Shown in pieces: positions 29,245 through 36,377 of a stretch of DNA of 64,000 nt. The stretch lies in IMG/VR virus record IMGVR_UViG_3300042554_001750, one strand, 5' to 3'. The position numbers were made by a program, and so were the translations under genes. The notes beneath the pieces are model-generated. The model saw only the letters and a list, made by a program, of their open reading frames with translations. It ran no database searches and was not told where the DNA came from. The stretch comes from a virus. Its lineage: Duplodnaviria > Caudoviricetes. The first letter of the stretch is position 1; each line of letters opens with the position of its first letter.

Positions 29245-29703
29245 ATGATTGTTTTGACTGAATACATCAAACGGGACAGAAGTGTGCGTAGGGCACATTT
29301 GGATTTGTCTGAGTCATGCCTTGAAAGAGGCGGAAATTCTACTAATCATAAAGGTGTTCTCGCACAATTTTTAAATACAGATATTCCTTCTGGTAGAATT
29401 TTGCTTTGCCATGCTTGTCATAATGGAAAATGCTCAAACCCCAAACATTTGTATTGGGGAACGGACCGTGATAATCTTGAAGATGCTAAAGAAAATGGGA
29501 CTCATAAAAGTCCTTGGGATAACCTTGTTGAAAAACATGGTTATGAAAAAGCATGTCAGATAAACAGTATCAAAATGCAAAATAACACTAATGGCTCAGG
29601 AAATGCAGGTAAATCTAAATCAGAGGAACACAAGAAAAATATTTCACTAAACCGCAAGGGTGGTAAACCTAAAGGTTGGCGAAAAAACAAATCTAGTGTA
29701 TAA
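29245..29703 (+). mobile_element. His-Me finger (HNH-type) homing endonuclease with NUMOD3-like tail
   Basis: CHACHNGKCSNPKHLYWGT..DN; KSEEHKKNIS; late promoter TATAAATA at 29221. Confidence 0.82.
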
Positions 29704-29714
29704 TAAAGTTTGTT

Positions 29715-29799
29715 GCGAGTGTGACGTAAGTGGTAGCCGTAGGAGACTTAAAATCTCCCGCCGTTAGGCGTGCCGGTTCGAGTCCGGCCACTCGCACCA
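29715..29799 (+). tRNA. tRNA-Leu(TAA)
   Basis: GGAGA-CTTAAAA-TCTCC; long variable arm; CCA. Confidence 0.94.
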
Positions 29800-29919
29800 T
29801 ATTGAAGCACATTGTAAGCCATTGCCGATGATCAAGGCAGCGTAGGGTGGCAGAAAGTAGATAATCGGCCGATACAGCTACTGAACCGCCTAGATAGTAT
29901 AGTGTGTTTCAATATGGTG
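29795..29919 (+). ncRNA. Long-stem structured RNA 2 (overlaps the tRNA-Leu ACCA)
   Basis: 19-bp CACCATATTGAAGCACATT/AGTGTGTTTCAATATGGTG enclosing TGCC/GGCA and a multi-segment TAGGGTGG...CCGCCTA arm. Confidence 0.65.
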
Positions 29920-29924
29920 ATTTA

Positions 29925-30001
29925 GGGCCTATAGCACAATTGGTTAGTGCAAACGACTCATAATCGTTAGGTTACAGGTTCGAGTCCTGTTGGGCCCACC
30001 A
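29925..30001 (+). tRNA. tRNA(CAT), probably Ile2
   Basis: AACGA-CTCATAA-TCGTT; GGGCCTA acceptor typical of Ile2; CCA. Confidence 0.85.
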
Positions 30002-30010
30002 TTTAATTTT

Positions 30011-30102
30011 GGAGCGTTGACCGAGAGGCTGAAGGTAGCGGTTTGCTAAACCGTCCACGTACTAAAATACGTGCATAGGTTCGAATCCTATACGCTCCGC
30101 CA
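30011..30102 (+). tRNA. tRNA-Ser(GCT)
   Basis: GCGGT-TTGCTAA-ACCGT; long variable arm; G73; CCA. Confidence 0.94.
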
Positions 30103-30113
30103 AAGGACATAAT

Positions 30114-30476
30114 ATGCACTTTACTATTCCTGAAGAATATATTACTGATGTTACAGTTAGGCATGAATACGATTATGTTAAAGATCGTAACAATCCTACA
30201 CATGAAGACCTTATCAAAATCCTTAAGGGATATGATAAAGGATATAGTATCAGTAGCAAAGACCACGATGAGTTTACTAAATTGCGTAACCAACTTGAAA
30301 GTGAAGGTTACATTAAGTGTGAGCGTGGTTGGTGGAATGGTGATCGTGTATTAAAGCCGTTCTATTTGAATGAATGGAAGTTTAAAAAGAATCATAAGTT
30401 TCCTTGCGCGGCAGCAATGCGTACAGGTATTGACTGTGCTAGGAAATTTGGATGGAAAAGTATTTCAAGTTTATAA
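30114..30476 (+). CDS. Hypothetical protein
   Basis: AAGGA SD; 120-aa ORF. Confidence 0.72.
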   Translation: MHFTIPEEYITDVTVRHEYDYVKDRNNPTHEDLIKILKGYDKGYSISSKDHDEFTKLRNQLESEGYIKCERGWWNGDRVLKPFYLNEWKFKKNHKFPCAAAMRTGIDCARKFGWKSISSL

Positions 30477-30489
30477 CAGAAAGGTAAAA

Positions 30490-30663
30490 ATGAAACCTAC
30501 TTCAACTTTTAAATTGCCCAAGTCTACTAAGATGTTACTAGATAATATCTTGGATCCGCATCTCCGCGGATCAATGCGTAGAGATTATATTAAGGCAATT
30601 TTAGAAAATCAAGTAAAAGCGAAATCTAATAAAAAGGATCGCAATCAAACTAACGATGAATAA
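30490..30663 (+). CDS. Small basic hypothetical protein
   Basis: AAGG SD before ATG 30490; MKPTSTFKLPKSTK. Confidence 0.6.
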   Translation: MKPTSTFKLPKSTKMLLDNILDPHLRGSMRRDYIKAILENQVKAKSNKKDRNQTNDE

Positions 30664-30668
30664 TTAAT

Positions 30669-30753
30669 GTATCGGTGGCAGAGTGGTTGAATGCAACGGA
30701 TTGCAAATCCGTACCGTATAGGCGCGTCGGTTCGAATCCGACCCGATACTCCA
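30669..30753 (+). tRNA. tRNA-Cys(GCA) with class II (long variable arm) scaffold
   Basis: ACGGA-TTGCAAA-TCCGT; 13-nt variable region ACCGTATAGGCGC; U73; CCA. Confidence 0.85.
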
Positions 30754-30758
30754 TTAAT

Positions 30759-30848
30759 GGAAGCGTGGTAGAGCGGTTGAATACACTGGTCTTGAAAACC
30801 AGCGAACATGAAAGTGTTCCGTGAGTTCGAATCTCACCGCTTCCGCCA
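30759..30848 (+). tRNA. tRNA-Ser(TGA)
   Basis: CTGGT-CTTGAAA-ACCAG; long variable arm; CCA. Confidence 0.94.
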
Positions 30849-30863
30849 ACAAAGGAGTCTAAT

Positions 30864-31442
30864 ATGCCCAGCGTGTTTTTAGTAAGTGATACTCACTTCG
30901 GTCACGCCGGAGTGTGTAGATTTTTGCGTGATGATGGAACCAAACTGCGTCCCTGGGATGACCCCAATGAAATGGACGAAGAAATGGTCAAGCGTTGGAA
31001 CGAAAGAGTAAAGCCTAACGATAAAGTTTATCATTTAGGTGATGTAGTAATTAATCGTAAAGCACTGAACATCCTTCGTAGATTGAACGGGGATAAGGTG
31101 CTTATCAAAGGTAACCACGATATTTTTAAGTTGGAAGATTATACTGACCACTTTAGAGATATTCGTGGCTATCATGTTATGAACGGTATGATTTTAAGTC
31201 ATATCCCTGTCCATGAAGAAAGTTTGGGCCGTTTTGGTGTAAACATTCACGGACATCTTCATGCAAACCGCGTTGTCAAAATCAAGCACAAGGGTGCTAC
31301 ACCTGAAGTTGATCACAGATATCATTGTGTTTGTGTGGAACAAACTGATTTTGCACCTATCTTATTTGAGGATGTGTTAAAGCGAATCAAAGAAGAAGGT
31401 GGCGAAGTTGGCTTTAAAAATGGTAATGGTGTTGTTATGTAA
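30864..31442 (+). CDS. Calcineurin-like metallophosphoesterase
   Basis: SDTHFGH, HLGD, GNHD, SHIP, HGHLH. Confidence 0.92.
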   Translation: MPSVFLVSDTHFGHAGVCRFLRDDGTKLRPWDDPNEMDEEMVKRWNERVKPNDKVYHLGDVVINRKALNILRRLNGDKVLIKGNHDIFKLEDYTDHFRDIRGYHVMNGMILSHIPVHEESLGRFGVNIHGHLHANRVVKIKHKGATPEVDHRYHCVCVEQTDFAPILFEDVLKRIKEEGGEVGFKNGNGVVM

Positions 31443-31458
31443 CTTTACCCAAAATTAC

Positions 31459-31487
31459 TTGTCAACAAGTGACTTTGGTGACATAAT
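31459..31487 (+). promoter_or_regulatory. sigma70-type promoter of the ACAGCAA-RNA/DUF2828 unit
   Basis: TTGTCA-17-CATAAT. Confidence 0.6.
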
Positions 31488-31511
31488 AACATCATTGAGT
31501 TAGAGATTATA

Positions 31512-31668
31512 AGGATCGGTACAGCAACATTTACTTTATAGTGAATGGTCTGGGCATAGTATGGTACATGCTGGAGGGACAACCCGTTGAAGGTGTGTAT
31601 TGAAATACTCCGGACGAACTCAGAGTGATGGCCTGAGTATAATAAAAGCAGTCAACAACGATCCTGTT
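31512..31668 (+). ncRNA. ACAGCAA-family RNA 2
   Basis: AGGATCG/CGATCCT stem, GT-ACAGCAA, CATTTAC/GTGAATG, GTCTGG/CCGGAC and ACTCAG/CTGAGT helices, GTT tail. Confidence 0.7.
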
Positions 31669-31676
31669 ATTTTGTT

Positions 31677-31872
31677 AGGATGATGACAGCAATCTAAAAC
31701 AATACTGCCTTGTTTTAGGGAAACCTAAACAGCCTGTTGGGGTTAGCCAACTTTGTGTCTAGTCAAGATACTAGGATCGGTCATGTACGATACATGATAG
31801 GCTTGTGGTACAAACTCCCTTAGTGGTAGGGGGCAAGCAGAAATATAAAATACCCGTATCGGTCATCCTGTT
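31677..31872 (+). ncRNA. ACAGCAA-family RNA 3
   Basis: AGGATGA/TCATCCT stem, TG-ACAGCAA, 10-bp TCTAAAACAA/TTGTTTTAGG, GTTGG/CCAAC, CTAGT/ACTAG, TCATGTA/TACATGA and CTCCCT/AGGGGG hairpins, GTT tail. Confidence 0.7.
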
Positions 31873-31880
31873 AGAATTAG

Positions 31881-31936
31881 TGAATGCTAACAGCAACTTT
31901 TTATTCAAACTTGAAAATTGAAATAAAACGCATTCA
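31881..31936 (+). ncRNA. ACAGCAA-family RNA 4 (abuts the DUF2828 RBS)
   Basis: TGAATGC/GCATTCA stem, TA-ACAGCAA, TTCAA/TTGAA hairpin around CTTGAAA. Confidence 0.65.
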
Positions 31937-31950
31937 GAAAGGAAAATGAA

Positions 31951-33366
31951 ATGAACGCATTTGTAAACGCAGTAGCGAACCAAGAAGCCCGTACCCAAAA
32001 TGGTATGAAGGCTCGTAAGTCTAGTGCTAACGCACTGGTTGATCTGTTCTATAACATCGGTGCAAGCCGTGGTAAGAACATTGTACCTGCTTTTACCTCT
32101 GCCTATGTCCAAGATAAGGACTTGGCATTGCGTATCGCATTGTGGGCCCGCGATGCCCGTAGTGGAGCAGGCGAACGTCAATTGTTCCGTGATATCTTGA
32201 CTCATTTGGAAAAGACTGATCCCGATGCGGCAGTCCGTCTGTTGAACAAGGTACCTGAACTTGGTCGTTTTGATGACTTGTTTGTTTTCAAGTCAAAGGA
32301 CATGAAGGCTAAGGCTTACACTCTGTTGGGTGATAACCTTCGTGTTAAGAATGGTCTTGCGGCTAAGTGGACTCCTCGTAAGGGCCCTGTTGCCCGCGAA
32401 ATCCGTGAGTTCTTCGGCATGAGTCCTAAGAACTACCGTAAGACTTTGGTCTCTATGACCAATGTCGTTGAATCACAAATGTGTGCCAACGACTGGGACA
32501 ACATCAACTTCAGCCATGTTCCCTCACAGGCTGCACGAATCTACAAGAAGGCGTTCAACCGTCATTCTGTTAAGTTCGCAGAGTATGTACAGAAGTTGGT
32601 TAGTGGAGATAAGACTGTCAAGGTTAACGCCGGCGCGATCTATCCTCATGATGTCCTGAAGGGTGTGATCAATGCATATGGTCGTGCGTCTTATGACAAG
32701 ACCGAGTTGGATCACATTGTTGCGCAATGGGATGCATTGCCTAACTATGTTGGTGATGCTAACATCATGCCGCTTGTTGACGTTAGTGGTTCTATGACTT
32801 GCCCTGCAGGTAAGAACACTAACGTTCGTTGCTTGGATGTTTCAGTCTCATTGGGATTGTACTTGGCTGATAAGAACAAGGGTGCGTTCCACGGAACCTT
32901 CTTGACTTTCAGCGAAAAGCCTGAATTGATGACCCTAAAGGGTAACATCGTTCAAAAGGCTGATCAAATGATCAAGTCAACTTGGGGCATGAGTACCAAT
33001 CTACATGCGGCTTTTGACAAGATCCTTAGCACCGCAGTTAAGAATTCTGTTCCTAACAGCGATATGCCAAAGATGTTGTTGATCCTTAGCGATATGCAGT
33101 TCAACCAATGCGTCCGTCATGATGACTCAGCAATGGAAATGATTGAACGCAAGTATCGTGACGCAGGCTACGAAATGCCAGCAGTGGTTTTTTGGAACTT
33201 GAACAGTAGCGACAACGTTCCTGTCAAGTCAGACAAGAGTGGTGCGGCACTTGTGTCAGGGTTCAGCCCAAGCATCATGACTAGTCTGTTGTCAGCAGAC
33301 CCGCTGGAATTCACTCCAGAAGGTATGATGATGAAGACCATCATGGCAGATCGTTACGATTGCTAA
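31951..33366 (+). CDS. DUF2828-type protein (helical TROVE-like N-terminus and vWA C-terminus; Ro60-like layout)
   Basis: DLFY, RDARSGAGER..FR, PELGRFDDL, AAKWTPR, VPS.A, DVSGSM MIDAS, GMSTNL, SDMQF, VFWNL. Confidence 0.82.
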   Translation: MNAFVNAVANQEARTQNGMKARKSSANALVDLFYNIGASRGKNIVPAFTSAYVQDKDLALRIALWARDARSGAGERQLFRDILTHLEKTDPDAAVRLLNKVPELGRFDDLFVFKSKDMKAKAYTLLGDNLRVKNGLAAKWTPRKGPVAREIREFFGMSPKNYRKTLVSMTNVVESQMCANDWDNINFSHVPSQAARIYKKAFNRHSVKFAEYVQKLVSGDKTVKVNAGAIYPHDVLKGVINAYGRASYDKTELDHIVAQWDALPNYVGDANIMPLVDVSGSMTCPAGKNTNVRCLDVSVSLGLYLADKNKGAFHGTFLTFSEKPELMTLKGNIVQKADQMIKSTWGMSTNLHAAFDKILSTAVKNSVPNSDMPKMLLILSDMQFNQCVRHDDSAMEMIERKYRDAGYEMPAVVFWNLNSSDNVPVKSDKSGAALVSGFSPSIMTSLLSADPLEFTPEGMMMKTIMADRYDC

Positions 33367-33375
33367 TGGACTATA

Positions 33376-33409
33376 AAGTTATATCGGATTAATCCGATAT
33401 AACTTTTCT
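33376..33409 (+). terminator. Terminator after DUF2828
   Basis: Perfect 13-bp AAGTTATATCGGA/TCCGATATAACTT followed by TTCT. Confidence 0.7.
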
Positions 33410-33426
33410 AGGAGTTATAATTTAAA

Positions 33427-34032
33427 ATGTTTGAAAAATTACAATTAATAAATCCTCATCCTAGCACAGAGTCTATATATGTAGGTGATATTCCTGCTGA
33501 AATTTTTTCAGAAATACAAACTAAGGTCAGTAAACTTCAAAAAAATTTTTTTGCAGTGTCTAAACTAACTTCTATGAATAAAAGTTTAGTTGGTCAAATA
33601 GAAAACTCGGTAAGAATGACTCCTCTACCTAGTTTAGAATCTTTCTTAAAAAACTTCTTTAAAGAAAATATATCAACTAAAGACATTGAAATTCATAGTA
33701 ATTGGGTAAACTTTCAAAAGAAAACAGAATACAATCCCAATCATACTCATACCGGTGACTGGGCATATGTGATATGGGTTAAAATACCCTTTTCATTTAA
33801 TGAAGAGGACATAGCACCCAATTCTATTCATTCAAGCACGAAAACTAATGGAAGATTTGAATTATCCTACATAAATGAAAATCTAGAAGTTACTTCAAAA
33901 AAGCTTGAAGTTGATTCAAAATTTGAAGGAAAATTTATTTTATTCAGATCCAATACACGGCATTGTGTATATCCATTCTATACCTCAGATGACTATAGAA
34001 TTTCTATGGCAGGAAATATTATATTTGTATAA
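33427..34032 (+). CDS. Putative 2OG-Fe(II) oxygenase
   Basis: WVNFQ...YNPNHTH, YVIW, ILFRS...HCVYPF, RISMAGNI. Confidence 0.78.
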   Translation: MFEKLQLINPHPSTESIYVGDIPAEIFSEIQTKVSKLQKNFFAVSKLTSMNKSLVGQIENSVRMTPLPSLESFLKNFFKENISTKDIEIHSNWVNFQKKTEYNPNHTHTGDWAYVIWVKIPFSFNEEDIAPNSIHSSTKTNGRFELSYINENLEVTSKKLEVDSKFEGKFILFRSNTRHCVYPFYTSDDYRISMAGNIIFV

Positions 34033-34040
34033 ATAAAATT

Positions 34041-34315
34041 GCAACTAGGTAAGTGTATAACGACACTTTAAACAAGATTGTGGACGCACATGATTCGGCC
34101 TAGTTCAACGATCACTCGGCTTACACTTTGCCGTAATCAAAAGTGGGTAGGCAGTTACCATATCTGCCGGGTACGCACGAACTTGACCTTAAGGCCCGCG
34201 ATGTATGGGCGACTTAAAAATATCGTGGGGCAGAACTTGACTGTCCATATGGAGACAAGTAGGACGGAACCTTACACCCATGTCGGGGCTTGGTAGTGCG
34301 AGTAGCCGACATTCT
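34041..34315 (+). ncRNA. Candidate structured RNA (~270 nt) after a late promoter
   Basis: TATAAATA at 34028; AACTAGG/CCTAGTT, AAGTGT/ACACTT, CACTTT/AAAGTG, GGCAG/CTGCC, CCGCGATGT/ATATCGTGG, GGGCAG/CTGTCC and ATGTCGG/CCGACAT helices. Confidence 0.55.
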
Positions 34316-34317
34316 TC

Positions 34318-34384
34318 TTGACAATAATTCCTACTTAGTATATAATAAGTGCATACGCTGAGAAATCGGCAATGCTCTTTAACA
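34318..34384 (+). promoter_or_regulatory. sigma70 promoter with boxB-like hairpin and rrn-consensus boxA
   Basis: TTGACA-17-TATAAT; GCTGA-GAAA-TCGGC (34357-34370); TGCTCTTTAACA (34373-34384). Confidence 0.85.
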
Positions 34385-34401
34385 GTTTATTGGTTTTATT
34401 T

Positions 34402-34478
34402 GGGACGTTAGCTCAGTTGGTAGCAGCACTCGGCTTTTAACCGATAGGTCATTGGTTCGAACCCAATACGTCCTACCA
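34402..34478 (+). tRNA. tRNA-Lys(TTT)
   Basis: CTCGG-CTTTTAA-CCGAT; CCA. Confidence 0.92.
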
Positions 34479-34587
34479 TATTAAAACACATTCAAGGCAA
34501 AGTACAAGCCTGGCAGAAGGTGCAGCCTTGCCCCGTATGGAGCAATGGTGGACGGTGCTACTCCGTCGAGTGTGTTTTAATATGGTA
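34474..34587 (+). ncRNA. Long-stem structured RNA 3 (overlaps the tRNA-Lys ACCA)
   Basis: TACCATATTAAAACACATTC/GAGTGTGTTTTAATATGGTA enclosing CAAGGC/GCCTTG and GACGG/CCGTC. Confidence 0.65.
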
Positions 34588-34592
34588 TCTTT

Positions 34593-34668
34593 GCTCGGTT
34601 CGTCTATCGGTTTAGGACGCTAGCCTTTCACGCTGGAAAGACGGGTTCGATTCCCGTACCGAGTACCA
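34593..34668 (+). tRNA. tRNA-Glu(TTC)
   Basis: CTAGC-CTTTCAC-GCTGG; CCA. Confidence 0.93.
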
Positions 34669-34682
34669 GTATTAAATACAGT

Positions 34683-34877
34683 ATGATTGTTGAAACCGTT
34701 AAAACTTATACTCATTGGGCCCGTGATAATATTGTTACCAAACAATATGTCACCGAAGTGGACAATAGCAATAAAAGAGTTTTAACAGTTATTGAAAATT
34801 CTTACATGCCCTACAGTATCAGAGGTGAGTTGCAAAAAGAAGATACTAAAGGTAAACATATTGATGTAAAAGTTTAA
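34683..34877 (+). CDS. Small hypothetical protein
   Basis: ATG 4 nt after TAAATA; no SD. Confidence 0.6.
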   Translation: MIVETVKTYTHWARDNIVTKQYVTEVDNSNKRVLTVIENSYMPYSIRGELQKEDTKGKHIDVKV

Positions 34878-34880
34878 AAC

Positions 34881-34965
34881 GGAGATGAAGCATCAATGGT
34901 GATGCAGTGGACTGTAAATCCGCCGCCTTATGGCACGACTGGTTCGATCCCAGTAATCTCCACCA
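34881..34965 (+). tRNA. tRNA-Tyr(GTA)
   Basis: GTGGA-CTGTAAA-TCCGC; variable arm; CCA. Confidence 0.93.
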
Positions 34966-34972
34966 AGATATT

Positions 34973-35049
34973 GCACCGTTAGATCAGTTGGTTAGATCGC
35001 ATGCCTGTCACGCATGAGGCCAGGGGTTCAAGTCCCCTACGGTGCGCCA
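34973..35049 (+). tRNA. tRNA-Asp(GTC)
   Basis: CATGC-CTGTCAC-GCATG; G73; CCA. Confidence 0.94.
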
Positions 35050-35053
35050 AATT

Positions 35054-35130
35054 GGTCGGGTATCTTAAGAGGAAGTAGAGCCTCCCTCATAAGGAGGAAT
35101 GTGGGATTTCGAGCGTCCCCCTGACCACCA
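35054..35130 (+). tRNA. tRNA(CAT), probably elongator Met, atypical D-arm
   Basis: CCTCC-CTCATAA-GGAGG; GGGAT-TTCGAGC-GTCCC; CCA. Confidence 0.8.
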
Positions 35131-35145
35131 GATAAATAATTTTGT

Positions 35146-35222
35146 GCGGGTATAGTGTTTAACGGTAGCACGGCAGCCTTCCAAGCTTTAAGAGAGGAGT
35201 TCGAATCTCCCTACCCGCTCCA
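35146..35222 (+). tRNA. tRNA-Gly(TCC)
   Basis: CTTCCAA loop; U73; CCA. Confidence 0.9.
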
Positions 35223-35223
35223 G

Positions 35224-35271
35224 TTGACAATATGTATGAAATCAAATATACTTCATACTTGTTCTTTAAGA
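35224..35271 (+). promoter_or_regulatory. sigma70 promoter with boxA-like site
   Basis: TTGACA-17-TATACT; TGTTCTTTAAGA (35260-35271). Confidence 0.7.
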
Positions 35272-35284
35272 TAAATAGTTTTTT

Positions 35285-35369
35285 GCCCTGGTGGTGTAAT
35301 TGGTAGCCACGCTGGTCTTAGAAGCCAGTGCTTAATCGCGTGTCGGTTCGAGTCCGACCTAGGGCACCA
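35285..35369 (+). tRNA. tRNA-Leu(TAG)
   Basis: CTGGT-CTTAGAA-GCCAG; variable arm; CCA. Confidence 0.94.
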
Positions 35370-35412
35370 CAATTTATTGGGAAATCACTTGCCTAGAGGA
35401 ATAAATACTTAT

Positions 35413-35967
35413 ATGAAAAGAGTTTATATAAGTGATATGCCCTGGGAAGAAATACAAAGGCACTACAACGAAGGAATGTCTTTGCGTGATTTACAGAAAA
35501 AGTTCAGAATTAGTTTTAAAACTTTTCAAAAAGCAAAAAAATTGAACTTATTTGTGCCTAGAGATTTATCATCAGCAATGAAAATAACTTTGATGATTAA
35601 CCCTAGAAATTACTCACATATAAGAAAGAACAGGTCAGCACTTAAAAATTATAGGGCTGATTGTACTTTTAAGTTTAACTTGTCAGATTATCCTGACGAA
35701 TTCAATTTTGAATTGATTGAAAGCTATGGTTGGTATAAACCCAAAAATAGGGGCGATAATATCAATGGTGTTAGCAGAGACCATGCAGTAAGTGTAAAAT
35801 ACGGGTTCGACAACAATTTACCTGCTGAACATTTGGCTCACCCTGCTAATTGTGTTTTAATGAGACACGGTGATAATGTGTCTAAATATAGCAAGATATC
35901 AATGTCTTATGAAGAATTGCTCAAACGCATTGAAGCATGGGACCAGAAATATGGGGGATTGGTATAG
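35413..35967 (+). mobile_element. HNH-type endonuclease with N-terminal HTH
   Basis: GMSLRDLQKKF HTH; SRDHAVS...HPANCVLM.H.DN; ATG 5 nt after TAAATA; stop inside tRNA-Ala. Confidence 0.75.
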
Positions 35968-36027
35968 TTGGGAACACGATGCCCTTGCAAGGCATAGTCA
36001 GCGGTTCGACCCCGCTATCCTCCACCA
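35953..36027 (+). tRNA. tRNA-Ala(TGC)
   Basis: ATGCC-CTTGCAA-GGCAT; G3:U70; CCA. Confidence 0.93.
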
Positions 36028-36033
36028 ATCAAT

Positions 36034-36109
36034 TGCGGCCGAGGGAGACAGTAACCCGCCAGTCTCATAAGCTGGAGATACCTGGTGCGACTCCAGGGGT
36101 TCGCAACCA
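36034..36109 (+). tRNA. tRNA(CAT), initiator-like but atypical
   Basis: TGCGGCC acceptor with one bulged nt on the 3' strand; CCAGT-CTCATAA-GCTGG; TGCGACT T-loop; CCA. Confidence 0.7.
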
Positions 36110-36152
36110 ATTAATATTTTTATTCTATATCTTATAGATAAGTAAGTTTACT

Positions 36153-36228
36153 CTCGGATTAGTATAGCCTGGTAGTATCCGTGCTTTGGGAGCATGTGGC
36201 GGGGGTTCAAATCCCTCATCCGAGACCA
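36153..36228 (+). tRNA. tRNA-Pro(TGG)
   Basis: CGTGC-TTTGGGA-GCATG; CCA. Confidence 0.93.
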
Positions 36229-36245
36229 TTTAAATTGAGGAAAAT

Positions 36246-36377
36246 ATGGCAGCAAAAAGTGAACAAAGAAAGAGTGTTGTAAAGCGTACTAGTCAAGGCG
36301 GTAGTAGCCCCAAGACCAGTTCAATGAATAAAACTGAAAAGCGTAGTTTCAAAAAGAATAGAGGACAAGGCAAATGA
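36246..36377 (+). CDS. Small basic protein (43 aa)
   Basis: GAGGA SD; MAAKSEQRKSVVKRTSQGG...KKNRGQGK. Confidence 0.6.
   Translation: MAAKSEQRKSVVKRTSQGGSSPKTSSMNKTEKRSFKKNRGQGK

Noticed and set aside
29168-29799. Intron-split tRNA-Leu
   Set aside because: The downstream tRNA-Leu is complete, and its 3' acceptor strand pairs with its own GCGAGTG rather than with the upstream GCCCGGG fragment
31512-31936. CRISPR array, or canonical YrlA Y RNAs
   Set aside because: Repeat units are paired stems with variable sequence and unequal spacing, and there are no cas genes; no TTCRA T-loop or D/T-arm module as in YrlA
34041-34315. RNase P RNA or tmRNA; 72-aa ORF 34078-34296
   Set aside because: Only a CGGCTTA heptamer resembles RNase P; GAGGAAAGTCC is absent; no tRNA-Ala-like ends or tag frame; the ORF has no SD or motif
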